Below are positions 8,311 to 16,911 of a DNA stretch of 20,000 nt, piece after piece; position 1 is the stretch's first letter; each line of letters opens with the position of its first letter. Under the pieces are notes generated by a model. That model worked only from the letters and a program-made list of their open reading frames with translations. It searched no databases and was not told the DNA's origin. Location: sequence record SRR31156797_3690, one strand, 5' to 3'. The position numbers and the translations under genes are program-made.

Positions 8311-9351
8311 TTAACGCAAACTATACTTTGCTAAGGGAATCTGACGTGCTTCACACCACTCTTTGACAGCACCAGAAAAAATCAGCTGGATCTTGGTGAG
8401 GTCTTTGGTACTTGTCTGTCCTGCCATAGTGTAGAGCAGCTGTAGCTGTTCCTTCCATGATTGCAAGGTGGCGATCGTTTCTTCTTTGCCTTTTGACAAA
8501 AGCAGCACGAGGATCGTGGCGGATAGTCCTACACTATCCGCACCAAGGCAAAGTGCTTTGAAGATATCGTAAGCATCCCGAACTCCGCCTGAAGCGATGC
8601 GGGTAAAGGGCTGTTGGATCTCATTTGCTTCCAGCAAGGAAATCACGGTGGATTGACCAAAGGTGTCTAAATACGCCAATTCACGTTTTTTTCGACGAGC
8701 ATTTTCGATTTGAGTAAAACTTGTGCCGCCGCTGCCAGCAACATCAATCGTTTGTACGCCGATCGCCAGTAACTGCTGAATCGTTTCACGAGACATCCCA
8801 AAGCCGACTTCTTTGACGACAACCGGAACGGCAACGGAAGCAACCGTTTTTTCCAATAAGGACAGCCATTGGCTAAATTGACGATCGCCTTCGGGCATCA
8901 CTAATTCTTGTGGTGCATTAAGATGGATCTGCAAGGCGTCGGCGCCAAACAGTTCTACTGCCCGTTGTGCATTTTCAACGGGACTGCCCGCACCAATATT
9001 GGCTAATAAGAAGCCGTCAGGATTGGCTTTACGGACGATACGGAAAGAATCGGCGACACTTGGGTCTTTTAAGGCAGCCGAAACGGAGCCGGTTGCCATC
9101 ATCAAGTCACAGGCTTGCGCGATCTCTGCTAACTCTTGATTGATTTTTAAGGTTTTTTCACTGCCGCCTGTCATGGCATTGATGAAAAAAGGGCTGGAAA
9201 ATGAGCGGTCAAAGACAGTCGTCGTAATTGACACATCAGCCACGTCAATTTGCGGAAAGGACTGGTGGACCAAGCGAACTGCATCAAAATCGTTGCTGTG
9301 TTCTTTATGGAACGCTTTTGCTAAGGAAACATGTTCATCTTTTCGATTCAT
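8311..9351 (-). CDS. fni: Type 2 isopentenyl-diphosphate delta-isomerase (FMN-dependent)
   Basis: MNRKDEH, INAMTGGS, HLNAPQELVMPEGDR, VKEVGFGM, GSGGT, ASGG. ATG 9351 overlaps the mvaK2 stop (ATGA); SD GGGAGG. Confidence 0.97.
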   Translation of the reverse strand: MNRKDEHVSLAKAFHKEHSNDFDAVRLVHQSFPQIDVADVSITTTVFDRSFSSPFFINAMTGGSEKTLKINQELAEIAQACDLMMATGSVSAALKDPSVADSFRIVRKANPDGFLLANIGAGSPVENAQRAVELFGADALQIHLNAPQELVMPEGDRQFSQWLSLLEKTVASVAVPVVVKEVGFGMSRETIQQLLAIGVQTIDVAGSGGTSFTQIENARRKKRELAYLDTFGQSTVISLLEANEIQQPFTRIASGGVRDAYDIFKALCLGADSVGLSATILVLLLSKGKEETIATLQSWKEQLQLLYTMAGQTSTKDLTKIQLIFSGAVKEWCEARQIPLAKYSLR

Positions 9352-10430
9352 GATAGGTCCTCCCGGTAATGGTAAACATGCAGCGGCAATGGGGTGATCT
9401 CGGCTTTTTCCCACGCACTCATCAATGGTAAAATACCGGTTTTCTGGTCAACGATCACGATGCCACAATCGCCACCGCCGGCACCAGAAGATTTGGCTGC
9501 GCCACAATAATTTTCTGCTAGATCACAAAGCTTTTTAAGTGCGGGGGTTTCAATCGGTACACCAGTTAGTGCAGACAACTCCCGCAGGAGCTTTCGATTT
9601 TCCGTGATCATTTTTTTGATCGTGCGACTGTCTTCATTTAAAAAGCCGTCGATCAATCGATTGACGCAGTCTTTGCTGGCTGCTAAAAAGGCGGCATAGG
9701 CGTTTTCTTTTTCTTCTTTGGATTGATAGACTTGATCCACTAAATCAGAAGTAGAGGCAGGAGAGCCTGTCCAACCAATCAATAGTCGAAGCGATTTCGG
9801 AACCGTCAAGGGACGGATCGATAATCCTGGCCAATCGAAAGCAATCAATTCTGTTAAGGTATGGTCCTTTTGTTTGGCTAAGACCCAGTCGTGATCGAAG
9901 GTTGAAAAAGCGATCCAGCCGCCATAACAAGAGGCCGCAATATCACCGCACGACCCATTGCCTTGAACAGCGAGATGGGCAAGAGCCGCAATTTTGAATT
10001 GGGTCAACCGATCCATTTCCATTTGATAGTACAGATTCAATGCTTTGACCGTGGCAACAGTCACGGCACCGCTGGAACCGAGGCCATATTTGCGACCATT
10101 CGAGTTATCCAGTTCACTGGTCACTTTTAAATCGTAAAAGGAAAGGGGGATGCCTTTTTCTTGGGCATATTTTTCCGTCAGACGAATGGCTGCCAAAATA
10201 TAGTGGAAAGGATTATCCCGATGGTCTAAGACTAATTCGCCTTTGCGACGCGTCCAGCGAATCGGCAGGTCGCTGTATTGGGCAGACTGGATGCTGCCGT
10301 TTTTACGGGCCTCTTCCACATTGACTGTAATAAATTGGTCAACGGCAACGATGATTGCAGGATGACCAGGTTCGACAACGGCGTATTCACCAGCAATAAA
10401 TAGTTTTCCGGGAACGGATAGTTCAATCAT
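9348..10430 (-). CDS. mvaK2: Phosphomevalonate kinase
   Basis: PGKLFIAGEYAVV, KYGLGSSGA, GSCGDIAAS, KSSGAGGGDC; GHMP kinase in mevalonate operon. Confidence 0.97.
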   Translation of the reverse strand: MIELSVPGKLFIAGEYAVVEPGHPAIIVAVDQFITVNVEEARKNGSIQSAQYSDLPIRWTRRKGELVLDHRDNPFHYILAAIRLTEKYAQEKGIPLSFYDLKVTSELDNSNGRKYGLGSSGAVTVATVKALNLYYQMEMDRLTQFKIAALAHLAVQGNGSCGDIAASCYGGWIAFSTFDHDWVLAKQKDHTLTELIAFDWPGLSIRPLTVPKSLRLLIGWTGSPASTSDLVDQVYQSKEEKENAYAAFLAASKDCVNRLIDGFLNEDSRTIKKMITENRKLLRELSALTGVPIETPALKKLCDLAENYCGAAKSSGAGGGDCGIVIVDQKTGILPLMSAWEKAEITPLPLHVYHYREDLS

Positions 10431-10447
10431 TTCGACACTCCTAATCG

Positions 10448-10469
10448 ATGGCTTCTTAATGGCTTCTTA
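10448..10469. repeat. 11-bp tandem duplication at the mvaD stop
   Basis: ATGGCTTCTTA twice (10448-10458, 10459-10469). Confidence 0.8.
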
Positions 10470-11465
10470 GTTGATGGCAGAAGATTCTTCCACCGGTAAA
10501 AAGGCTAATCCTTTACCCGCGTGAGCAGTTACTAATTGTTCTGAGGCAAAGTGAGCACTTAATTCACGTAAAATCGTTTGTTCTTCTTGTTTTTGGCATA
10601 AAACTTTGACATTGGGACCAGCATCCATCGTGAAATAGCAAGCCAATCCTTTTTTTCGCAGCATTCGGACACATTCCATGGCTCGTAAAGATTCAGAAGA
10701 CCAATAAGTAAAAGGTGGTTCGGCGGCTAAGGTCGTTCCATGCATTTTCAAGGCGTTGGCCTCGGTCGTTTCACCTAAAGCAGTAAAGTCTTTCTCGGCA
10801 ATCGCTTGTTTCATTTTCACGAGATCAGTTGCGGTGGCAGTAAGCCAACCCGGATAAAAACTCGAGGTTTCAACGGTTCGACGCATCCCCTCACGACTGG
10901 AAACTTCTTTGGCTTGTGCGTTGATCAAAATAAAGATCATACTCAATTCTTCTTCCCAGCCATTCGACGGCACTTGCGTGGCAAAAGAAGTCTCATCGGT
11001 GCCTTGATGCCATTCAGCAAAGCCGCCGTAGATACTCCGACACGCCGAACCAGAACCGCGACGGGCCAAACGGGATAACTCTTGCTCCGACAAGTTTAAT
11101 TCCAGTGCTTCACTACAGGCACCCGCCAATGCCGCTAATCCACTGGCAGAAGAGGCAAGTCCGGCAGCGGTTGGAACAAAATTTTGACTTTCCACCGTGG
11201 CATACCACGGGCAGTCCGCTTTTTTTCGTACCAGATCCAAAAAGTCCGCAACTTTTTTTGTGGCAGCGTCTGTTTGAACCACGCCATCCAATGTAAAGCG
11301 ATCTTGCGTAAAATCGGGTGAAAAAGCCACCGTTGTTTCTGTGTAAAAAGCATCGAGGGTCAGGGACAAACTATTGTTCATCGGTAAAATGAAAGTTTCA
11401 TCTTGTTTTCCCCAATACTTGATCAATGCGATATTCGTGTAGGCGCGAGCCTTTCCCTTATACAT
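10467..11465 (-). CDS. mvaD: Diphosphomevalonate decarboxylase
   Basis: NIALIKYWGK, PTAAGLASSASG, RRGSGSACRS, TMDAGPNVK. ATG 11465 preferred over 11471 on SD (AGGAG) spacing. Confidence 0.97.
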   Translation of the reverse strand: MYKGKARAYTNIALIKYWGKQDETFILPMNNSLSLTLDAFYTETTVAFSPDFTQDRFTLDGVVQTDAATKKVADFLDLVRKKADCPWYATVESQNFVPTAAGLASSASGLAALAGACSEALELNLSEQELSRLARRGSGSACRSIYGGFAEWHQGTDETSFATQVPSNGWEEELSMIFILINAQAKEVSSREGMRRTVETSSFYPGWLTATATDLVKMKQAIAEKDFTALGETTEANALKMHGTTLAAEPPFTYWSSESLRAMECVRMLRKKGLACYFTMDAGPNVKVLCQKQEEQTILRELSAHFASEQLVTAHAGKGLAFLPVEESSAIN

Positions 11466-12390
11466 GTTCATAAACTCCTAATCCTTGTATCCATGCCGCA
11501 CGAGCGCCATCGGACAATAAAATACGGCTGATATTCTCAGCCTGTTCCTTCGTTTTGGTTAGTGCGATCATACAGCCGCCCCGGCCCCCGCCGGTCAGCT
11601 TTGCCCCGTAAGCACCGTGTGCCAACGCTAAGGAAACCAACTGATCCAGTTGCTGATTGCTGACCCCTAGCTGCTGCAGGGCCTGATGGGCGTTGTTCAT
11701 GCTTTCACCTAATACTTCTAATTGATTGGCTATGATGGCCTCTTTAGCTTTTTTGGTTTCGATCCCTAAACGCTGGATTGCTTGACTAGCCAGCTGCTTG
11801 CTGGTTTCAAAAAGATGGGCGACACTTTTGACTGCTTCTCTCGTTTGCCCTTTGATTCCAGTATCAGCGACGAGCAAATAACCGTCGATCGTGAGGGGAA
11901 ACGAAGTGATGGGATGCCCTTTGATAAAGTAAATGGCATCTGTCCCACTGGCTGCCGCAGCATCGATCCCGCTAGGATTGCCATGAGCGATTTTTTCAGA
12001 AAAGTTGACATAGGTCATCAATTCTTCTTTTGTAAAGTCTTTTTTGATCCAATCAAAAAAAGCGCGAGTCAGTGCAACAGCGACCGCCGCGCTAGAACCC
12101 ATTCCCCGTTCAGAAGGGATAGTGCTGACGATGGAGGTTGCAAAAGGACCCGTGTGGAAGTCTTGTTGCAGACGATGCAGCAAGTTTTTGACATTTTTTA
12201 AGTGGCTGGGGACTTCTTCAAGCAGACCGTGATAGTAACTTGAAATCAAGGTGCTTGTTTCATTTGCTGTGATCTCGACTTGTACTTTTGCTCCCGCAAA
12301 AGGGAAAGCAATTGCTGGTTCACCGTAAACAACCGAATGTTCACCCATTAAGATGATTTTTCCTGTAGCTATGCCAGTACCAATTGACAT
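11458..12390 (-). CDS. mvaK1: Mevalonate kinase
   Basis: GKIILMGEHSVVYG, PSERGMGSSAA, HGNPSGID, GAKLTGGGRGGC. ATG 12390 with SD GAGGA. Confidence 0.97.
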   Translation of the reverse strand: MSIGTGIATGKIILMGEHSVVYGEPAIAFPFAGAKVQVEITANETSTLISSYYHGLLEEVPSHLKNVKNLLHRLQQDFHTGPFATSIVSTIPSERGMGSSAAVAVALTRAFFDWIKKDFTKEELMTYVNFSEKIAHGNPSGIDAAAASGTDAIYFIKGHPITSFPLTIDGYLLVADTGIKGQTREAVKSVAHLFETSKQLASQAIQRLGIETKKAKEAIIANQLEVLGESMNNAHQALQQLGVSNQQLDQLVSLALAHGAYGAKLTGGGRGGCMIALTKTKEQAENISRILLSDGARAAWIQGLGVYEHV

Positions 12391-12500
12391 TATTTTCCTC
12401 ATTTCTCTAGGGAGCTTACCCCACATGATTCATTTATCGTTTGTCAGTCAATTGTAACTATCTCCTGACAAAAACACAATTTAATTAAAGATCCTTTCCT

Positions 12501-12529
12501 ATTTTACTAGAAGAAGGCTCTTTCGTTAA
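12501..12529 (-). promoter_or_regulatory. Candidate sigma-A promoter of the mevalonate operon
   Basis: TTAACG (12529-12524), 17 bp, TAAAAT (12506-12501). Confidence 0.5.
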
Positions 12530-12614
12530 GCATTCCGTATGAGATTTCAAAAAAAAGCAAAAATCTTTAAACTTTTATTGAAAAAATTCTTGATCTGTGC
12601 TTCAAAAGTTTCAG

Positions 12615-12644
12615 TTGACGGCACAAGATATAGTGTTGTATAGT
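12615..12644 (+). promoter_or_regulatory. Sigma-A promoter of deoxynucleoside kinase
   Basis: TTGACG (12615-12620), 18 bp, TATAGT (12639-12644). Confidence 0.65.
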
Positions 12645-12678
12645 TGATATCGCAAAGGCAACATACAATATTTAGTGA
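12621..12678. promoter_or_regulatory. Tandem NrdR boxes
   Basis: GCACAAGATATAGTGT (12621-12636, 14/16) and ATACAATATTTAGTGA (12663-12678, 13/16) versus acaCwAtATaTwGtgt; 42 bp apart. Confidence 0.75.
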
Positions 12679-12695
12679 TGAGTGAGTTGGGGGAT

Positions 12696-13340
12696 ATGAG
12701 CGTGATCGTATTAGCAGGAACGATTGGTGCCGGTAAATCAAGTTTGACCGCATTGATCGCCAATCATTTTGGCAGTCAAGCCTTTTATGAATCGATCGAT
12801 GACAATGAAGTGTTACCATTATTTTATGCAGATCCAAATAAATATGCGTTTTTACTGCAAATCTATTTCTTAAATAAACGATTTGAAAGTATCAAGCAAG
12901 CCATGAAAGACGACAATAACGTCCTGGACCGTTCCATTTATGAGGATTCACTGTTGTTCCATTTAAATGCGGACCTTGGGCGAGCGACCGATACCGAGGT
13001 CAAAGTCTATGATGAATTGTTAGCCAATATGTTAGAAGAGCTGCCGTATGCAGCCCACAAAAAGCATCCAGATCTTTTGGTGCATATTCGCGTTTCTTTT
13101 GAAACGATGCTCGAGCGTATTGAAAAACGTGGGCGGGAATATGAGCAGTTGACCTTTGATCCTTCGTTATACGACTATTACAAAGAGTTGAACAAACGCT
13201 ACGATCAATGGTACGAAGAGTACAATGAGAGTCCAAAGATCCAGATCGATGGCGATCAATTCAATTTTGTCGAAGACCCGCAAGCGGCACAGGCCGTTTT
13301 AACGATGGTGGAAGAGGCCTTGAAAGACGCCCGTAAATAA
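12696..13340 (+). CDS. Deoxynucleoside kinase (dAK/dGK/dCK family)
   Basis: IVLAGTIGAGKSS P-loop, LQIYFL..R, LDRSIYED, RIEKRGREYE lid. ATG 12696, 214 aa. Confidence 0.95.
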   Translation: MSVIVLAGTIGAGKSSLTALIANHFGSQAFYESIDDNEVLPLFYADPNKYAFLLQIYFLNKRFESIKQAMKDDNNVLDRSIYEDSLLFHLNADLGRATDTEVKVYDELLANMLEELPYAAHKKHPDLLVHIRVSFETMLERIEKRGREYEQLTFDPSLYDYYKELNKRYDQWYEEYNESPKIQIDGDQFNFVEDPQAAQAVLTMVEEALKDARK

Positions 13341-13352
13341 GTAATAGCCAAT

Positions 13353-13397
13353 ACAGCCAGGAAAGTCCTTTGATTGGGCTTCTGGCTGTTTTCTTTT
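13353..13397 (+). terminator. Terminator-like hairpin after the kinase gene, overlapping the corA promoter
   Basis: ACAGCCAG..AAGTCC-N7-GGGCTT-CTGGCTGT followed by TTTCTTTT. Confidence 0.65.
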
Positions 13398-13402
13398 ATA
13401 AT
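13374..13402 (+). promoter_or_regulatory. Candidate sigma-A promoter of CorA-family gene
   Basis: TTGGGC (13374-13379), 17 bp, TATAAT (13397-13402). Confidence 0.55.
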
Positions 13403-13430
13403 AGAAGAAAGCAAGAGTGGAGGATGGATT

Positions 13431-14336
13431 GTGGAAAACAAACATGTCTTTTATGACGGAAACTATGAATGGATTCAAGTCGACCAACAAGACGCAAAAA
13501 GCGTGATGGCACTGCAAAAACAATATCATTTGTCTGACGAGATGCTTACGTACTCTTTAGATAAAAACGAACGCGCGCGGGTCGAATATGATGCCGAAGA
13601 GGAAGCATTGCTGCTGGTTTTCAATGTACCTCAGCAAGAAAAGCGTGAAAATCATTTTGAGACCAGCCCGATGACGTTTATTTTAAAAAGGAAGCAACTC
13701 TTTACTTTTGCATCCCACAATACCCGTTATGTGATTCCAATGATGGAGCGCTTGATCCTGCAAAACCCGCTGCAAACGCCCATTCATTTTTTGTTTCAAA
13801 GCTTGTTCTTGATTTCTGGCACGTTTTTTCCGTTAGTCGAAGAAGTCAATAGTGAGCGGATTCGCTTGAATCAGCGACTACGGGAAAAAACAACCAATAA
13901 AAACTTACTGCAAATGTCTGATTTGGAAGTTGGACTGGTTTTTTTAGTGTCTGCCACGAAACAAAATGCGGTCCTCTTGGAGCAAATCAAAGCATTGTCC
14001 ATTTATCGTTTGATGGATGATGATGAGCGGGAACAACTGGATGATGCCTTGATCGAAGCCAAACAGGCAGTGGAAATGACCCAACTGGCATTCCAAATTT
14101 TGGAACAATTATCTGGTACCTACAATAATCTATTAAACAATAACTTGAATGATACCATGAAGTTTTTGACCGTTTGGTCCCTCTTATTGACTGTGCCTTC
14201 CATCGTCACCAGTTTCTTTGGCATGAATGTTCCGCTGCCTTTTACCAATAGTATTTTCGGTTGGGGTATTGCCTTGTTGATCAGTTTAGTGTTATCCGTC
14301 TGGATGTTGATTGCTTTATGGCGCAGAATTCGTTAG
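13431..14336 (+). CDS. CorA-family Mg2+/Co2+ transporter
   Basis: LDKNERARVE, NNLNDTMKFLT, FFGMNVPLP (GMN signature) between two C-terminal TM helices. GTG 13431 with SD GGAGG. Confidence 0.93.
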   Translation: MENKHVFYDGNYEWIQVDQQDAKSVMALQKQYHLSDEMLTYSLDKNERARVEYDAEEEALLLVFNVPQQEKRENHFETSPMTFILKRKQLFTFASHNTRYVIPMMERLILQNPLQTPIHFLFQSLFLISGTFFPLVEEVNSERIRLNQRLREKTTNKNLLQMSDLEVGLVFLVSATKQNAVLLEQIKALSIYRLMDDDEREQLDDALIEAKQAVEMTQLAFQILEQLSGTYNNLLNNNLNDTMKFLTVWSLLLTVPSIVTSFFGMNVPLPFTNSIFGWGIALLISLVLSVWMLIALWRRIR

Positions 14337-14968
14337 TCGATCACCAAACCTAGACCGGCGGCGATGACCAAGGCTTGTTCTTGATCGACTGTTAGTCCTC
14401 GCAAGTGTTCAAAGGACAACGCGATCTTTTGAAATTGATTGGTCCGAAAATCTAAAGTTGCTAATTTTGTGTGAAACCAGTTGCTATTGTTCAACTGGTT
14501 TTCTTGTAGCGTCAAGTGTTTCCAATCCATCTCATAAAACTCACTGTCGTTTAGTTGGCACTGACGAAACAGCATCGTCCGTAAATTGGTATTGCTAAAA
14601 GAAGCAAAGTTTGCCACGCAATCTTCAAAGGTACAGTCACGGAAATAGCTTTCCGCAAAATTCGTACCAGTCAATTTACACTGTTTAAAGTGAACGCGAT
14701 GAAAGCTGGCACCAAAACATTCCAGATTAGAAAAATCGCAGTTCTCAAAGAGGACATTTTGACATTCCCATTGACTCAAGCATGTTTTTTGCATCGTCAC
14801 TTTCTTGAAATGACATTGCTTCAAGATAAGGTTTTTGCAAGTATCATAGCTATAATCACCGCCTTCGAACACCCCCCCTTCGAAAAGCAGTTCTTCTTCC
14901 AAATAAAAATCCTGTGGCTCTAATGCCGACAATAAGGGCGGTAGTGGCAATACGATTTTTTTCTTCAT
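14333..14968 (-). CDS. Pentapeptide-repeat protein, EfsQnr-like (chromosomal Qnr/MfpA-type)
   Basis: Pentapeptide periodicity (NVLFENCDFSN..SFHRVHF..C.LTGTNFAES.F.DC.FEDC), N-terminal PLPP and C-terminal EQA..IA..LGLVI, as recalled for E. faecalis EfsQnr. 211 aa from ATG 14968 (TTG 14971 alternative). Confidence 0.85.
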   Translation of the reverse strand: MKKKIVLPLPPLLSALEPQDFYLEEELLFEGGVFEGGDYSYDTCKNLILKQCHFKKVTMQKTCLSQWECQNVLFENCDFSNLECFGASFHRVHFKQCKLTGTNFAESYFRDCTFEDCVANFASFSNTNLRTMLFRQCQLNDSEFYEMDWKHLTLQENQLNNSNWFHTKLATLDFRTNQFQKIALSFEHLRGLTVDQEQALVIAAGLGLVID

Positions 14969-14997
14969 CAAGATCCCATCCTGTATGTTTTTCTCTC

Positions 14998-15006
14998 AGT
15001 ATAACA
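14998..15006 (-). promoter_or_regulatory. Extended -10 promoter of the pentapeptide-repeat gene
   Basis: TG-T-TATACT on minus strand, about 30 nt upstream of the start. Confidence 0.5.
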
Positions 15007-15240
15007 CGGCGAATCGATGCCGCGATAGTTACGAAAAAGCGGCAGGGTATTGTGAAATTTATTCAATCGGTTTGCAGAATGCTTTTATAACAAGGAAAAC
15101 CTTTGATTTTGAATACATATTTTTTCACAATCTTTTTACTTGCAAGACGAAAATAATTTTGATATAGAAACTTAACCCGCTGAAAGTGACGTATATCAAC
15201 GGAAAACTGTCACAAATTTTTAAAATCGCGAAAAAGTTGA

Positions 15241-15270
15241 TAGTTTTCAAATTCACAAGCGAGCTATAAT
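15241..15270 (+). promoter_or_regulatory. nox promoter -10 with overlapping Rex-like site
   Basis: TATAAT at 15265-15270; TAGTTTT-CAAA-TTCACAA (15241-15258) has one perfect Rex half-site; -35 poor. Confidence 0.5.
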
Positions 15271-15300
15271 GACAATGTAAACAAAAGGAGGAAATTTTCC

Positions 15301-16635
15301 ATGACAAAAACAGTTATTATCGGTGCAAACCACGCGGGGATTGCTGCTGCCAATACACTATTAGATAACTATAAAGACCAAGAGGTCGTAATGATCGACC
15401 GTAATACAAACTTAAGCTACCTAGGTTGTGGGACTGCTTTATGGGTTGGACGTCAAATCGATTCATACGAAGGCTTGTTCTATACAAAACGTGAAGATTT
15501 TGAAGCAAAAGGTGCAAAAATCCATATGGAAACAGTGGTTGACCATATCGATTTTGAGAAAAAAGAAGTACACGCTGTGACCAGTGAAGGTGAAACGATC
15601 GTTGAATCTTATGACAAAGTTGTCATCGCAACTGGATCTGTTCCGATCTCACCCAAAGTACCTGGACGTGATTTGAAAAACATCCATTTCTTGAAAAAAT
15701 TCCAAGATGGACAAACGGTTGATAAAGAGTTAGCCTCAGAAGACGTGAAAAACGTTGCCGTTATCGGTGCTGGTTACATCGGTGTTGAAATTGCTGAAGC
15801 AGCAAAACGCCGTGGCAAAAATGTGTTGCTTTTTGATGCAGCGACACGGGCATTGCCAAACTACTACGACAAATGGTTCACAGAAGATATGGACAAAAAC
15901 TTAGCTGACAATGGCATTGAATTGCATTTCGGTGAATTAGCACGTGAATACAAAGGAACAGAGAAAGTAGAAGCAGTTGTAACAGACAACGGCGAATACC
16001 CAGTTGATCTAGTGATCAACGCGATCGGTTTCTTACCAAACAACGAGTTAGGCAAAGATCATTTGGAATTGTTTGCTAACGGCGCGTACTTAGTGGACCG
16101 CCATCAACGGACAAGCGATGCAGATGTTTACGCAGTCGGTGACTGTGCAACGGTGTACTCAAATGCTTTGCAACAAACCACTTATATCGCATTAGCAACG
16201 AATGCCGTACGTTCAGGGATCGTCGCTGCCCATAATATCGGCGGAACGTCTCTAGAATCAACAGGTGTTCAAGGATCAAACGGGATTTCGATCTTCGGCT
16301 ACAACATGGTTTCAACTGGCTTGTCAGTCGAAGCTGCCGAACGTAATGGCATGAAAGTGAAATACTCTGATTACGAAGATACCCAAAAACCAGGCTTCAT
16401 GAAAGAAAATGCGACGGTTAAGATCCGCATCGTCTATGAAGAAGAAACACGCCGCATCGTTGGTGCACAAATGGCATCACGTACATCTGAAATCGCAATG
16501 GGCATCCACATGTTCTCACTAGCGATCGAAGAAGGCGTAACGATCGACAAGATGAAGCTATTAGATATCTTCTTCTTGCCTCACTTCAATCAACCATACA
16601 ACTACATCACGATGGCTGCGTTGAAAGCAGAATAA
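15301..16635 (+). CDS. nox: H2O-forming NADH oxidase
   Basis: GANHAG FAD motif, SYLGC with redox Cys43, VIGAGYIG NADH motif, VYAVGDC, C-terminal DIFFLPHFNQPYNYITMAAL; SD AGGAGG. Confidence 0.93.
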   Translation: MTKTVIIGANHAGIAAANTLLDNYKDQEVVMIDRNTNLSYLGCGTALWVGRQIDSYEGLFYTKREDFEAKGAKIHMETVVDHIDFEKKEVHAVTSEGETIVESYDKVVIATGSVPISPKVPGRDLKNIHFLKKFQDGQTVDKELASEDVKNVAVIGAGYIGVEIAEAAKRRGKNVLLFDAATRALPNYYDKWFTEDMDKNLADNGIELHFGELAREYKGTEKVEAVVTDNGEYPVDLVINAIGFLPNNELGKDHLELFANGAYLVDRHQRTSDADVYAVGDCATVYSNALQQTTYIALATNAVRSGIVAAHNIGGTSLESTGVQGSNGISIFGYNMVSTGLSVEAAERNGMKVKYSDYEDTQKPGFMKENATVKIRIVYEEETRRIVGAQMASRTSEIAMGIHMFSLAIEEGVTIDKMKLLDIFFLPHFNQPYNYITMAALKAE

Positions 16636-16643
16636 GAAACACG

Positions 16644-16674
16644 AAAGTCGGAGCGTATGCTCCGGCTTTTTTTT
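16644..16674 (+). terminator. Rho-independent terminator after nox
   Basis: AAAGTCGGAGC-gtat-GCTCCGGCTTT plus T tract. Confidence 0.9.
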
Positions 16675-16693
16675 GAAACAATCATGAAAACTG

Positions 16694-16722
16694 TTGACAA
16701 TAAGAGGAAAAAGCAGTATACT
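16694..16722 (+). promoter_or_regulatory. Sigma-A promoter of infC operon
   Basis: TTGACA (16694-16699), 17 bp, TATACT (16717-16722). Confidence 0.9.
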
Positions 16723-16740
16723 ATAAAAGTTGAGAAATAA

Positions 16741-16850
16741 AAGCAGAAGCACCCGCTTCTCGCCTGAGTGAAGATATCGCTGGGCAGAATAGGATTCCTA
16801 CCATTTATTTGTGTGGAGTACGTGCGGGTTCGTGAAGAACTCGTTTTTTT
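16741..16850 (+). ncRNA. L20 leader (attenuator of infC-rpmI-rplT)
   Basis: Begins AGCAGAAGCACCCGCTTCTC, typical of Firmicutes L20 leaders. Terminator GCGGGTTC-gtgaa-GAACTCGT-T6 (16824-16850); ACCCGC can pair with GCGGGT as antiterminator. Confidence 0.88.
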
Positions 16851-16911
16851 ATTGTCTGATTTCGAATCGACAAGCTTTTCTTTCTCTCAAAAAACTCGGA
16901 GGTGAATGACC

